Below are positions 15,001 to 30,000 of a stretch of DNA of 64,000 nt, piece after piece. Source of the DNA: Candidatus Omnitrophota bacterium (GTDB lineage: Bacteria > Omnitrophota > Gorgyraeia > Duberdicusellales > 4484-171); the NCBI GenBank assembly GCA_041652815.1, contig JBAZGN010000002.1:77570-141569 (forward strand), written 5' to 3'. How positions within the stretch are numbered: position 1 is the first letter of the stretch; each line of letters begins with the position of its first letter. The position numbers and the translations under genes were made by a program. Below the pieces are notes generated by a model. That model did not search any database. It was not told the origin of the DNA and saw only the letters and a list, made by a program, of their open reading frames with translations.

Positions 15001-18000
15001 GCATGACATTTCCTGATTTGCCTATCTGGCCGATAGATAATTGTGGCAATGTTTTAGAAGATAGAATTCAATGGATGGCAGAAAGAGGCAGGGCGCCGCC
15101 ATTAGAATATTACCAAGAAAGAAAAGTCTCGCTTAAAGAATTTTGGCCAGAGCTATATTCTCCGAAACGCCAACTAACCCTGTTTGAAGGTATATCGGCT
15201 CAATCAATTCCGCACGTAAGCCATTCTGAAGGAGAACACTCGTCAAAGCATACTGTAGCGCCGGATTCCCGGCAACTCACTTTGCCGTTTGCCGGCTCAT
15301 CTCCTTTGAGAAATGGTATGGCTCCTCAAGCACAAAGAGCACAATTAATTCAATCTATCATCAATGTCTTCAGTTTAGGTGAAGCCCTGGTTTTAACGTC
15401 TGAAGAAATTGAAACTGCTATAAGAATAGATACCACCAATGATGCTTACCGGATTGCAAACAATTTGCCGATTGTTATTGCGTTGCACGGCGAAATTTTT
15501 AAGAATTGCCCTCTTGATGTAAAACCGTTGTTAATGGTTTTTACAGGAAGAGGCGTGGTAGACGATAAAGCGCTTATTTTTGACGATCGAAGTTCCCAGG
15601 GCCTTGCCCTTGAGGGAAGCCGTTTAAGTAATTCTATGGAAATAAAGAACGCCATTTGGGAAATAGCTTATCACGGCAAAAAAACTACTTTTATTCTACA
15701 GAATCATGATAACTGGTTGGGTATGCCTGTGCTTTACGGGCCGGAGGATATTTATCTTAAAGGGCTGCTGATGGGCAAAGGAGGAGACAGAATTACCCGT
15801 CTTGGGATTGAAATTGCGAAGAAAGAAGGCGTAGCTGACGAAGACAAAATATTTGAAGAATATACCCAGGCGATGGTTGTAGCCCGGCTCTTAGGTTTTG
15901 CCATATTAGACGGCCCGGATATGATGCGCGATGTAGACAGGCGTATGGGGATTATGGTAAGAGCTGCTCGAAAAACTGCTCATGACATTAATTTATTTGC
16001 CGCCGAAAATCCTGATTATCCTGAAATTGACGAGAAAGAAGTTCTAAAAGCTACGACTTCTAATCCCAAAGAAGAAGGCGGATTTCCTCATACGGAATGG
16101 ATGGTAACTTCCGGCGGTGTAGTGCAGGGAACTGTCACTGCGCTACGTTGGTTACAGCATGTTTCAGATGCGCCTCAAGATAGATACATAGAGCCGGTAG
16201 TTGAATTTGTCAGGAATCTTAATATTGACTTTGAAAATGCAACCAGCCTTATCCAGGGGTTCGGTGACGTAGGCAGCGGTAATGCCAAGCTGCTCTTAAC
16301 TATTTTTGAAAAGTTTAAAATAGGTATACGCGGTATTTCCAATAAATATTTTGCTCTCTATCGTAAAGCCGGCCTCTCAAGAGAATTCCTGCTTAGCGCA
16401 AGGGAAGTTGCTGAAGAAAGTCCCGATAAGCTTACCGTAAGAAAAATCCTGGATTTGGCTGATTTGTATAATGATTTAAGCGGTGCGACAATTTGGATAG
16501 CCAATCCTGTTAGTAAAACTGCAAATTTAGCTGTTTATAGCCCCGAAGAAATCGCTGATTTAACTGCGCAATTTCTCGTAAGAGGCATTCAAGCTGTTTT
16601 CGGAGAAGCTTCAATCGTTGATGAACTTATTTATCAAGAAGCAACCATACTTTTCCCGGCAGCCGGGCCAAACCTTATCAAGGAAGCTGCGCAAATCGGG
16701 CGTTTAAGGGCCCCCATTATTGCCGAAGGCGCCAATAACGCAATTACGCAAGAGCTGCAGCCGCAGCTGCGCAAAAGCGGCATACTTTACCTCCCCGGCG
16801 AGCTTTTAAACGGCGGAGGAATCAGCACTTCTCAACAAGACAACCGGCACAATCATATTGATGGTACAGAAGCAATAGTACATAACCAGACTTATTATCG
16901 TATTCATGTTACCGATGAAATTGATAGTTTAGTTTTGCACAGGACAATTGCTTTCTTAGAGCGCTGGACAGAAAGCCGCGCAAATTTTGCATTGGAATTG
17001 GCTGAACATGTGCGTATTGTTGCCAGAGGTATTTTTACGCGGGCTGACGCATTAGTGCGCACAGAAGACGGTGATCTTATGCATTTTACCGCAATAGACC
17101 AGGAGCGTACCAAAGACCCGCATACGGGTATACCCAGATTACCGCGCCGGCATTCCCTTTATGAAATTGCGATAGAAATGGCGCCGGTAGGCATTCTTTA
17201 TCGCCCCCAGGAAGTTGCAATGTATTTAGAAGAACTTAGGCAATTGGCGTTTGATGTTAGAGAAGATGGCCGTCTCAATAACTATGCTATTTGCAAATTG
17301 AGATTTCGCCTTTTCGTGCTTATGAAAATGAGTTATTTCTTAAGCGCTGGCCAGCAGGCTGCCTTGATAGATATTCTGTTTAACATAATATCTAACAATG
17401 GCTTAGACGATATTGTCAGAAAAGAAGCAATGGTTTGTTTGGCGATGGCGCTTAAATGGAAACAGCAGGCGCATCAAGAAGATATTCAAAGAGCTGAAAG
17501 GCTTTATAGGACTATATTGGCTGACCCTTCAGAGCCAACCCGCCTCAATGTCTGGGCGCAATATTCGCTCTACCGGCTTATGGGTATTGGGTATCTTGAG
17601 GAAGCGAGAAATGGTATGTTTCCAGACTTTACGCAAGGAAAGGGTTGGGTTAGTTCACCGGTGGAGTGGGGTTGGGTTAATGGGGAATGCTTGCAATTTA
17701 ACGGTAAAGAAGGGTTGCTGATTCCGGGTGAAGTTGGTATCGGCAAAAGTACTCTTGCTATACAAATAATAAGAAAAGATCCGCGTTGGAAAGTTGTTGG
17801 TTGCGGTGCAAGTTACATCGGAGTTGATTATTTCGGCGCAAAGCCTGCGCTTTTAGCTAAATCAATAAGCCGCGGCAATATTATATTTTCCAGGCTTTTA
17901 GGAAACATACCTGTAACTATGGCTGGGAAAAATCCAGTAAGAGTAGATTTAATAGTTGCTTTAGATGAAATAGGCATTGAGATTCTTGGTCGCTGGGAAA

Positions 18001-21000
18001 CTATGAAATTATCATTTAATGATTTGGGCATAACTCTTATTGATGCCCGCGGGATAGACGCAACACGCGAAGCGGATAGGATTTTAGAAATCATTAGCAG
18101 TATGCTTGAGGAAAGAAAAGCAAAGGGTTGCTCGCAAATTTCTCCAACTGAAGCAAGCTTAATACCGCGTAAGGTTTCTTCTTCAGTTGGGCCATGGGAA
18201 CAAAGCGATTTTACAGCAATTAAGCCAGGAGAAGAATTTGGTAAATTTGAGAGGGATGTTTTATGGAGTGCAATGCGCACAAGAGGAGAATATGCCGTAG
18301 TGAGCATTAAAGATAACAAAGCCACAGTTCTTGCCTTTAAGCATGGAAACTTGGCAAATGATTCCTTAAGCACTGATGAAAAGTTAAAGATTGCTAGAAT
18401 ATTTGCGGTTGCCAGAAATCGAGTTAAGCATTATTGCGACGAAGAACAGGGGGAGATTATTGTCCCGGCACAATTATATGTAGTATTTGCCTTGCCGGAA
18501 AAAGTTAATATAGCTGTTTATCGTGGCCGTCCGGCAAAAGAATGCATTTTGTCAATTGCTGTAAATGGAGAAATTATAGTAAATGGTGCGAGAACGCGTG
18601 GCACCCACATAGAAAGTATGCCCGTGATTTCAAAAGTTGCCTTTAGCGATATTATTACTTTTTATACTGTCCTTGCTCACATAGCGAATGCTTCCCGTGA
18701 AGCCAAGACAGTAGTTGTGGAGGGAAATGCAATAAGAGGACCCGCGAAGTACGAACTCCACAAAAACGGCCTTTTTAGACAATTGATAATTTTGGGTGGA
18801 TTGAGAGCAGAAAAAATAATAACTAAAGAAGACTACGCCCGCGCATACGGCATAATCGCTAAGGATTTGGAGATCACCGAGGCAATGCGGAAAGCGTGGG
18901 ATAGAACCGAAGGAGATTATTCTGCAGGAAGAGTTTGGCAAAACGAAAATAAAACTTCCTCACCTGCCAATGAGAGAGATATGGAATCACAAATAGCTGG
19001 CTGGCTCAATAAAGCAACTCCAGAACAAGAAATACCAGCCAATGGAATTGAGCAGCAAACTCAGGAACTTACCCGCTGCATAATAGATGCCCAGCTGCTT
19101 GACGTCGATGCAAAAGGTTTCCTGCGTGAACAACTCACCGATTTTAGACAAAACCATTCACGAGCCCCGATATTACAAACCGCCGCAATAGCCGCACTTG
19201 AAACAATTTATGCGGATAGGCCTGTGGAAATCGGAAGAGAAGGGCATATAACAAATAGGGTTTATATAAATGTTTGTCCGATAGAATGGCCAGAGGCAAC
19301 ATTTAATTTTCCCTCAAAAAATCCAACGGCATTTCATTTCTTGCATAACAGCCTCGATGAAGGCGAAAGAGTCGTCGATATCTACATAACTCAAAGAGCT
19401 TGGCGTGAAACCCCGGCAAGAAAATTATTCATAGCCATAAGCGTAGAAATCATCACTGTTCTTACCAAAAAATCTCCCCGAGAAATTCTTCTGCTCTTTA
19501 AAACCCCAACTAGTCAACAACCTCAAGATACTCAAGGTACCGGAGAAGAGGTTTCTTCATCTGTAACTTCGGCTGCTGCGATAGAACTGGCTAATGCTCT
19601 TTCTAAAATGGATGACGCCGAATATACCGGTTTTCTTTTAGGAATACTGCGTTCTGCACCGCAAGATTTAGATGTTGTTGAAACTGCGGTAAGATTTTTG
19701 CGATACCCTCTCATTTTCGGTATGCGCCCAACCGCAATTATCAACGCCTATATGCGGGCTTACGAACACTATTGCCAGGTACGTATACGCTCAGTTATCT
19801 TAGATTCATTTGCTTTAGCGAAGCAGAGAGTACGAAACCGAATAAAAGTAAAAGATTGGCTTTTAAGGATTACACAGGCAGAAAAAAGAAAAAATTTAAA
19901 CCATCTTGCTCGGCAGCTTTTAACTTCCCTTGAAAACCAAAACCTGCGCCAGGACGAAAGTTCTTCACCCCTTGAGCGTGAAGTAACAGTAAAAAGAGGA
20001 GAATCATTTAAAGCTTTAAGCAAAGGGGATGCGGGAGAAGTTTTATATGTTGCAGAAGGAGAATTAGAAGTTACGCTTGACGAAGCCGAAGTTATTCTAG
20101 GCCAGGGAGAATTACTTATATTATACATTACCCCAGATAGCGAAAGAGTTTCATCGAAGATAAGAGGTTATCAAGCAGTAGCGCGTAGGCCGGCAAAGGT
20201 AAGGCAAGTACAGGTTAATAATGGCACAGTCAAGGTAGATTTAATGTTACAAAGAGAATTGCTATTGACTACGGGTGATATAGTTGAAGAAGTCCGCCGT
20301 GCAAAAGATGGCGCACTTATAGCGCATATATATAGAAATCCCGATTTTCAGCTTAGAGTATTTGACCCGGAACGCGCGTCTTCTTCGGTTACGCATAATA
20401 CTAAGTTAAATCGGTTGCGGCAGTTTAAAGAGGGTGGCCTCTTTCCGTGGCTGGTGGAGCCCCCTTCTGCCGCAGCCGTTTCTTTACCCCATAATTACGC
20501 TAATCTCGTAGGTTGGAATTTGCTAATTAGCCAGGGGTTAGGAAATTCAGGCTCCTCACCCATCGAATCTAACTTTGCCCTGGAAGATTATCTTAAGCGG
20601 AGTAATGAAATTGTAGAAATAGATATGACAACGAATATATTGGCAGAGCAAGATAAAATTGTTGATAACTTGATGGCAGGAAAAGTTTTGAAATTAACAA
20701 ATTGGCCGCAAGGCAAAGCCGCGCCTTATGAGGGCAAATGTTTACCTGCCACGAAAAATGCACTTGATTATTTTGCCTATGTAGTCACCATGGCTTTTCG
20801 TCTTTTGATTGACACTAACATTGAGTTTCTTAGCTTTCAAAGAGTGCTTACTGAATTGATTGCTAATGCTTTAAACCACGGCAATAAGTTCTTTTTGCAT
20901 TTACCAGTTTTTATGCACATCGATACGCAGAAGAAGCAAATTACAATATATGATTTAGCCCAAGAAAGAGCAGAGGATGACGAATGGGACAAGCTAGTTG

Positions 21001-24000
21001 TAGAGTCGGCGGATGTATTGTTAGGTGGTGGCACTATAGGTATGGAACTTATCGAAGAATATTTTAGTTATGAGAGGAAAACTTTATTCGAACCAGTATC
21101 AGGAGTAAAACTAGGAACAATGGTTTTAGCTACCAGGAAAGCTTCGTCATCGCCAGCTTCTTCGCCTTCTTGGCAAGACGCAGTTTCTGCATCAAGAAGC
21201 ATTCAACCATGGACTATTGGCGGCGGTAGTTATTATTTTGTCGAAGTTAAAAAAGGTACGGCTTTTGATGTTTATGTATCTACAGATTTTATAGACATAG
21301 ACCCGGGCCTTAAACAGGCAGGTTTTAGACCGGGTTTAAATATTCAGAGATACGAGAACGTTGTTAATGCAATTAGGTCCTCGGTAAGGGGAGATTTAAC
21401 CGTGCCAGCCGGCATAGACCCAAGGCCTATAGCGATGGATTTAGCCATAAGCACATTTTTTAATGCCGAGGAAAGAGCCGTGTTGGAAGATCGAGGCATT
21501 GCCGGTAAAGCTATGCGCGCGCAGATAGAAGATGTTTCTGATTTATTGGCGGAGCTGTTTAGAAAACAAAATATAGTTGAAGGCTATCGTGGGTTATTTG
21601 AAGAGCAGCGCGCGCGCTGGAAGACAAAAGAAGTTTTGGAATATTTTGATGCGCCCGAAGGCAAGTATTTTATCCCACGAAAAATTACAAAAGATGATCT
21701 GTGTATGCTTGCGGCAGGCTTGGTGCATTTGGGGGCGGTGGATATTAATAGAGAAGTTGACTCTATGCGCGAGTTTCTTAGCGGCGTAGAGGCGTTGAGG
21801 AAGAGGCTTGCTCCTGTCGCGCTTTCTATGGCTTATACCGTCTTATGGATGAAGGATTCACGTGTTTACCTTCCTTACAAGCCTGGGTGGCCTTATCGTT
21901 ATCTGGTAAGCGATGAACTTTATGTGAAAGAAATAATCAGGGAAGGAATGGTTATCTCAGGCATAGGCAAAACGCCTTTTATGATTTTTGCCGACACTGT
22001 TTCAAGGGCTCATCTTGAAGATTTACATAGGCATTTGAGGGCGATTGATGATTATCGTGATATTCGTTTTTACGTTTTTCCCGCAAGTTGGGTAACCGCA
22101 AGGATTCTTATTGACGATGAAGGTAGGAGTATCCCAGTTGAGTTCTTAATCGATAATTCACACCTTGACTGCGTAATGCAATTTATCCCCAGCCATTGCC
22201 GCCATAACCAGCAGGCAGCTTTAGAAATAGACCCATTGTATCATAACGAATTAATTGCCAAGAATCATCCTGAATTCTTACTCTTCAAGTCCGAGCAAGG
22301 CCTTGAGTTTGTCACAATCGATAGTGATGAAAGGCATCTTAATCCGGCTAATGCCGGCCGGCCAACTCCTGAACGCGATTTCTTTGTCTTTGCTCCAACG
22401 CCTACAGGCCGCTATAAAACAATAGAAAACTTAGGGTTAAAACAGGGCCACTTTTTAGTTCTTCCTTCAAATCCCCCTCTTCGTTACCTTTCTTTGGGCG
22501 GAGGCTGGATTGATTGCACTATGACTCCGGTTGAGCGGGATTTACGAGGAATTTTACCTTTTATCCTAACGGAAGAGTTCAAGAAAGCCGTAGCAGAAGG
22601 AGAATCTTCATCGTCCGCTGCAGCCATGTCAATTGCCTGGCTTAATGTGCATGGGTTTGTTGAAGACGTGGCGCAAAAAGGAATTCTTGAAACGCAAGTG
22701 AAAACTGCATTAGATTGGTCGAAGCGCCCCATGCAGATTTTTAACATCCCGTCTTCTATACCTCACGAAGAAATCCGTGCCCATACTCGATATCTTTTTA
22801 GAGATGTTAGGCACCAGGTCAATACAATCGTTGCCTGTGGCCATTATTTTTATTATATGAGAGATGAAGGTGGATGCATGGAGCAGGCAATCAGAGGCCT
22901 ATGCGATACATTTGGAAATAAGAGTTTTAGTTTAATATTGCCTCTTGATTTGATTGAGCATTTAGCGCGAGAAGGTTATGTAGTAAGCAGAGAAGATTTA
23001 TTGGATGTTTTAAGCTCTACGCAGTTAGCCTGTCGCGCTACGCGTGTATTCTTTGACGGCGTTGTTTCGCAAGGCTGGAATCCATTGGAAGTTAGAAACG
23101 AAGCCTACTTTTATACAACTTCTCAAGCAATGTTGCAACATTTCATGTCTTTACCCTCAATCCCTGTAGCTACCGTTAACAAATGCGCAAGACAGAATGA
23201 TGGTAGTTTTTATCATAATAGAGAAGAAATTTCATCGCCGCTGTATACAGGAAATAATTTCAGAATACTTTTCGTCGCTTTGCCGGGATTTGATACGATT
23301 AATCCTTATGCCTATATGACTTTTGCATCTTTGATTGCGCCGCTTAAAGATAAAACATTTTTGAATAGGTTGTTAGAAAAGGCAGGCTTATCGAAAGTAA
23401 TTCTTGATAGGCCCATTGAAACAAAAATAATTTATCCTAAGAACTTACGCCAATTTAGCAAAGATTTAAATTCAGGGGGGCGCTTTGATGCGTTATGCGT
23501 ATCTGCTACAAGCCGCCAAATAGAGGAAGCTCTATTGGTAGGGTACGCCTTTATGCGGGCTCAACCTCAGGCTTTACGTATTATCGGCGGAGCTCACGCA
23601 AGCGTAAGGCCTTCCCATTTTCTAAGGAATAATATTTACCAACTTGTTTGTTTAGGCGAAGGGACTGAAACTTTAGCGGAAGCTTTAGCTCTTCGCGCGG
23701 CAGGTTTAAATGATTTTAGAAACTTGGAAGGGGTTGCTTTTAATGATGAAAAAGGAATAAATATTAACCGCAGGAAAAGTTTTCTTTTTGAGCTTGATGA
23801 GTATCCCTGGTTTTCAATTGTATTAAATGATTTGTTGCCTTTATCTACAAAGGCAGAACTTGCTGATACGATGTTAATTTTAGGCGGGATAGGTTGTCCG
23901 AATAACTGTTATTTCTGTGCGCAAAGAGCTATCCATGACGGGAAAGTAAGGCTGCGTAGCGGAGCAAGCCTTTTAAAAGAAATGGAATATTGGCTTGAAA

Positions 24001-27000
24001 GGAAAATCAGTATGTTTTTTATTTTACACGAAAATTTTACTGCCGATAAAACGCGTTTAAACGAATTCCTTTCTTTGATTGAGGGCAAAGGATTTGACTG
24101 GCAAGTCGAAGCTGACGCAAGATTAACTATCGAAGAATTACAATGTATGCAAAGATGCGGTTTAAGCGCCATAGAATTCGGCATTGAAAACGCAGACCCA
24201 AGAGTGCTTGCGGCAGTAAATAAGCATTTTGACGTTAACCATGCTTTAGCTTTGATTGCGGAAGCCAGGCGTTTAGGAGTTGTGGTAGGCGCATACTATT
24301 TAGCCGGGCTTCCTCAAGAAAGAAGCGACAGCATAAACGTTACGCGCAACTTTATGAGGCAAGCGGGATTCAACGGAAAAAGCACAACCGCAAATTTTGG
24401 CATCGCTATCCCCTATCCCGGAACAATAGCGTTAGAGGAAGGTTTAATTAGGCTGGTTGGAATGAAAGATGACGGAGAAACCAATTTTCCACCGCGCCGG
24501 CCTGCCGCCAGCCAATGGACTTATACTGAAACTGACGCCGCAACCGCAGGAGAAATTGGAACGCATTACGCTTCTTTACGGGCATTATACAATCTGCTTA
24601 CCCAGCAAGCAGATGCAGGTTTTGGCTCATCACCGGTTTCCTATTATTTTGGAAACAACCCCCTTGCCTTAACTACTTCGCCCCTAGCGCAAAGCCAAAC
24701 AGCTTTCTTAGTTAGAAATGGCGATGGGAAGATGGCGCGTCAATATCGTCAAAGTAATGTTTTTGACAGCTATATGTACCCCTGGCTTTTAAGTCAAGAC
24801 GATACTTTTAGAAGCGTAACACGCGTACGATTAATAGTGAAACCTGTGCATATTTTTGAATCAAAAAATTCTTCTGATTGGGAGCTTTTACCTGAACATA
24901 TCAGGCAAATATACGAATCCGGAAACGCTCTTTTTACCGGCTCAACAAATGAAATCCTTGCCAATCCAAGCAGATATTCAGCGCTGATGGTTTCAGGCAG
25001 AGATGAAGGTTTCAGAGGGCGCACAGGAATTTTGTTTTATGACAATAACCCGGTAATCGTGAGAGTCAACGGACTGGAATTTTTTGTAGAAATTAAAGGT
25101 TTAGGGGTAGCCGGCGGAGGATTTCCTTCGGTTCATATCCGGGATGGTTTTGATTATCAAGTTACCGGAGCACAGAAGCCGGCTTCTTCAATGAGAGAAT
25201 TTGAAAATCTGGAATACGAAAGAGCAGCCGATACTGCGCTTTTTTCCGCAGGGAATACTGCCCGCGCGCTTAGGGCGTTTACCTATGAATACAATGGTAT
25301 AGATTCCCTTATTGCGAGAAGTAATTTACATCCCAATCAGCAAGACAGTGCTTTATCTGAATTAGGCAACAAGTTAGGTATGGTATTAAGGCTTTCTCCT
25401 TCCAGTTTAAGATGTGCTTACGGGTTAGAGCTGCGCCATGCAAAGCTTTTGGGCGTAGCTTATAGCCAGTGGTTGTGTTCAGATGCGCCGCGTATTCATC
25501 AATTTCCGCATTTCGAAAATCTTATCGAATGGCACAAAGGACAAGAAGTCGCCTGGACAGATTATGCTGATGTGAAGTTTATATTCGAAGGATATGATTT
25601 TCACCCGCCTTGTTTTCATTTCGTAAGCCGGCTTCTTTTTACAGATTCAAACGAGCATCTTAACCGGCATATAGAATTATTTAGAAAGTTAGGAATAATC
25701 AAACAGGGAAGCGAATTTATGACTGGATTCTACAAGGGTTTTGCCGAATACGCCCGTTCAATAAATTGGATATCAGATGCTACAGCAGCCCGCATAAACG
25801 CCTGCGGCGACTTAGACGATTTTATCGATATTTTGGTATTTGAAGTTATGGCGCTAAGTATATATAAGTGGTTTATGGTTCTACCTACGTTACGGACAAT
25901 CGAAATTGAACGTAAGGGCAGATATGAAAATTTATTAAGCGCGCTTAATGCAGCTTTGGTGCGGGCGCAGGAAACCGGGGATAAGGAAACTACGGCAGCG
26001 TTAATTGCTGATATTGATAAATTTAATCAGGGAGGAGTTGTATTGGGTTGTCGGGCTATACGTAAGGCTTCTTCTTCACTTATGGCTGAATATCTCACCA
26101 TCTCCGGCAAGCTCCGCGCACCGCCGGTTACAGATGTCAGATGTCAGCTATTGGCTTTGGCTGAAAGGAAAAGCCAAACCACGGCCCTCTGGCCAGCAGC
26201 GGTCAGCGGAGAAGGGAGTTCGCCTGTTTCAACAGATTTAACCGGGCAAAAAATAGCAAGCCAACCCTGGAGAGATATTTTACAATTCAGTTTATCCGAA
26301 GACCAGTTTAGGAAAAGATTAATTTACTATTACGAGCGCCAATCTCTGAGAGATTTTATTCTTTCTCTGGATGATCCAATAGCAAGTCAATTATTAGATA
26401 CATTACGGCAAACTCAGGCTACTGATTTATATATCGACCCTGAAATTACCGTCGAAGAACTCGCCAGATTTTTCCAAAACCCTGCAACAAGCGATATTTA
26501 CACAGTTTTATATCAATACTCAACTGGGTTAAGACTTGAATTTAGAAACTATAAAACTCTGGGAAAAGCCATAGACAACATTGCGACTAAGACAATCGAG
26601 ACAATTGAAGGCTGGGATAGGGATTGTTTCAGTATGCTTGTTGGAGGCAGAGGCGTTCCAAATGCAGATTTGGCTGCAGCCTGTAGAAAGACTTTAGTTC
26701 AAGCGCGTATTCCTTTTTCCGGAAAATGCGCTTTGGCGATTGCCGAAGCGCTCCAAAGAAGTTTAGAATTAAGGCGCGCATTTTTCGCAGCTTTACCTAT
26801 AGGAAGAATAGACTGTTCCAGTGAAGCCCTGTTACCGTTACTTGGCCAAGAGGAATATCTGGGAAATATTTCGCGCTTGCTCGATATAGAACTAACGCCT
26901 CACTACGCAGAGAACGGTGGGAGAGACCCTATGCGGGTGAAAGACTTGTTCTGTAAATGCGCTGACGTAGCATTTAGCGAGCACGTATTAAGGCGGGTAG

Positions 27001-30000
27001 TAGAAATCGCTACTGCTCCGGTAGATCGCTTCAATAATTTTTGTTCTCTTTTAGCAGAGAAAAGGCAGCGCGAACAGGAGATAGTATTACATACCTTAAC
27101 CGATAACGAGCCTTTTGAGTTTGGAGAACCTGGAGCTGTACGGAAAGTTACATATTGGAATGACGGTACAGCTGATTTGCCTTCGCCATACCCACGTATT
27201 GCTGCTTTTGGCGATACGGGTACCTATAGAATTGCCAAAATAGTATTTCCTGATTATCGGCCGGGAATAGGAGATTTTTCAGATCTTTTGGAAGGGTATC
27301 TACTTTTAAGCAATCGCCAGAGACTGGCGGAATTAGCCGCAACCAACGAAAGTATTTTTTCAAAGTTTCCGCCGCACCTGCTTAGGGCGCTTGCCGGAGC
27401 TTTTTTCATCAGGGATATAAAGTATCTAACCGGCGGCCAAGACCAAAGCAATACTTTTACTGCGGTGTCAGATTTATTATTGAAGTTGCACGATGGTTTT
27501 GGAAGCCAATGGTTTAATTCTAAAAACAGAGTTACACAACCATTGCCGGAAATCTTTAATAGGGATTTTGATTACTTTACACCTACCCAGACCTACTTTT
27601 CTCCCGAAGAATTTTTAGCAAGCCATGATATAACCGTTACCGGGCCGCTTTGGGCTAGCGGAAGAGCGCTTTACGGAAGGCTGCCCGATGGTAACCGAAT
27701 TATGTTTAAGCTTGTTAATGAAGAAATTGCTCGTAACAAAAGTAGAAGCCGCAGTGAGGAACTGCGAGAATTAGAAACAGAAGCCAAGCTTCTTGCTTAT
27801 GTAGGGTCTAATAGAGCCGAAGTCGGACTGGAAGGCAATTATCCTGTTCCGGTAAAGGCTTTTCCCGATAGTGAAGAATACATTTTTGGGATGCATTCTT
27901 TAGGCGCTCTTTCGGCTGGACAGAGAAGAAACCTTATGTTTAATCCGGCCAATGAAACTTGCGGTTATACTTGCATATGTTACATCGCCAGCGAAGACTG
28001 TTTTGTTTATCTGGATGACCCACGTCAGGAGTATTTCCCAGAAGAGTATTTATTGCGGGGTATCCGCGACCGCAGCCGTTTGTTGGCTAAATTAGGGTTA
28101 GCTTTAAACAATTGGGATAGTTATGTGCATCGGCCTGGCTTGGTATACGATTGGTCAATTGAACGCGGTGCAGGCACAATTCCTAACTGGATAAATAATG
28201 CTCGTTATACCAATTATAGAAGAGCGGGAATTCTTGACTGGGGCCATGCGATAAAATTGGGTACTAATTGTAAGTTTAAAACTGTACGCAGCCACTGGGG
28301 CAATATTCCGTTTTTCGCCGTACTTAGCGAAGCAGCTAATATGTGGAAACATTACGATTTTACGTTTAAATTTTACTATCCCGAAGAAAGAGCGTGTTTC
28401 ACGCAATTTATGCGGCAGGCCTACAAACATTCTTACGAACAAACTACCGACACCTATACATATCTTTTTGACGATAATCGTTTAATTGATTGGGATAATA
28501 TTGCGGACAGGTTTATGTATGAGGCAGGTTCGGTAATCCGGCGTGAAATATATATGCCGGGCGATGAAGCCAAAGAAAGGAAAGAGAAAGAAGGCGAATT
28601 TATGAATTTTGATTTGGGTTATGGCCACGGAGTTTTCCCCTGCCCTGAACTTATCCGGGCAACGTTTATTGTAAGCACCCTTGCACTTATCGAAATGAAT
28701 GTGCGTAACGGCGTAAGCTCATCTTCGGTTATTCTCCAAAGGCCTTATCTTATTCAAGGCAGGGTTTTGGAGCGATACACAAAAAGACGCATCACAACGC
28801 CTTTAGCAATTTCCGGAACAGAGTTCTTAGTATCTTCAGTAGATATTTTTTCTCCGTCTTTCGAGCGCCCCAGAGGCATTATTGAATATGTAAACGAAGC
28901 TAAGTTTATTCTTGTCGAGATGGAAACAGAAGAGGCAGTAAGAAAAGCTTACTTTTATCCTGGAGGCCCGGCAATAGCTGTTCATGGTGAGACCCAGGAA
29001 GAAAAATTATGCGCAGAAGGCATACCTCTTAATCTAATTATCAATGCGATGTTCAAAGGCGCCGACATATCCAAAGTTTTAGTTATTAGCTGTAATGATA
29101 ATAACGGAATAATAAAAGATACAATCGTTCCTTGTGTATATAGCAGTCAAGGTATATCAAGATTACAAGGAGAAAGTCTAATGACACCTATCAACATTTT
29201 CACGCATATAACGCTGGAAAATACACAAGTTGTGCCGGTAGATAAAGATTGGCATATAGCTTTTTGCCGCGCTGGAGGCCTCTGGTTAACTACCGACAAT
29301 AAAGAAGGCTTATTGTTTCCGATTCATTCCTTTAGCCCAACAACTGCGGTTCTACAAGGAATAATGTCAGAAAATCTTCAAAACGATAATATTTCTTCCC
29401 CGGCAGCTTTAACTGGTAGCCTCAAAACCGCAAAGCGCGCACCACCGGTTTCAGCTATCAGCTATCAGCTTTCAGATATTAACTCAAGCGGCAGTTCGCC
29501 CCTCGCAGCCACCCCAGAGTTGTCGAAAGCCATTTACCAACTTACCTTAAACGCCCATCAACCGGCTGGAACGCGCTGGTCAGGCGAACATTTCTTTGCT
29601 ACTTATCTGCCTACTTTAGCTTCGCTGCTTTTGCCTAAGGAGGAGGGTACGGTTCAAATCGTAAGAGGCCGCCGTAGACAGGTTAAACTTAATTACAGTA
29701 TTTCTTTAACCTTGTCAAAAGAAATTCAGGACTATATTCAATCGCTTCTAAAGATTACAGGTAACGGCCCAGCCGCATTTTCCTGGAAGAAGAAAGAAGA
29801 AGAAATAAAACAACTGGTAGCGGAACGAAAACTATATGAAGATATCGAATTAATATTGAAACCCGTTAATCTATGGACAGCCGATGATGTCCGTTACGTG
29901 CATAATTGGCATTGGCAGATTGCCTGGGAATATAAATTCGGGCATAACGAAAACGGCAACCAAGTTCCCTGGTGGCCGGCTTTCACCCAACTTTACAAAA

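Noticed and set aside
17413-17721. 102-aa + strand ORF
   Set aside because: It is in frame 1, whereas the motif-bearing frame is frame 0. It overlaps the Walker A region that reads correctly only in frame 0.
17828-18373. 181-aa minus-strand ORF
   Set aside because: It is antisense to the continuous + frame. Low-complexity S/L/I-rich translation with no motifs. Judged spurious.
26104-29482. Short tandem micro-repeats (gatgtca x2 at about 26127; cagctat x2-3 at about 29455) as candidate CRISPR or microsatellite loci
   Set aside because: Only 2-3 units of 7 nt. They are embedded in a coding frame and part of a duplicated peptide motif. There is no spacer/repeat architecture.
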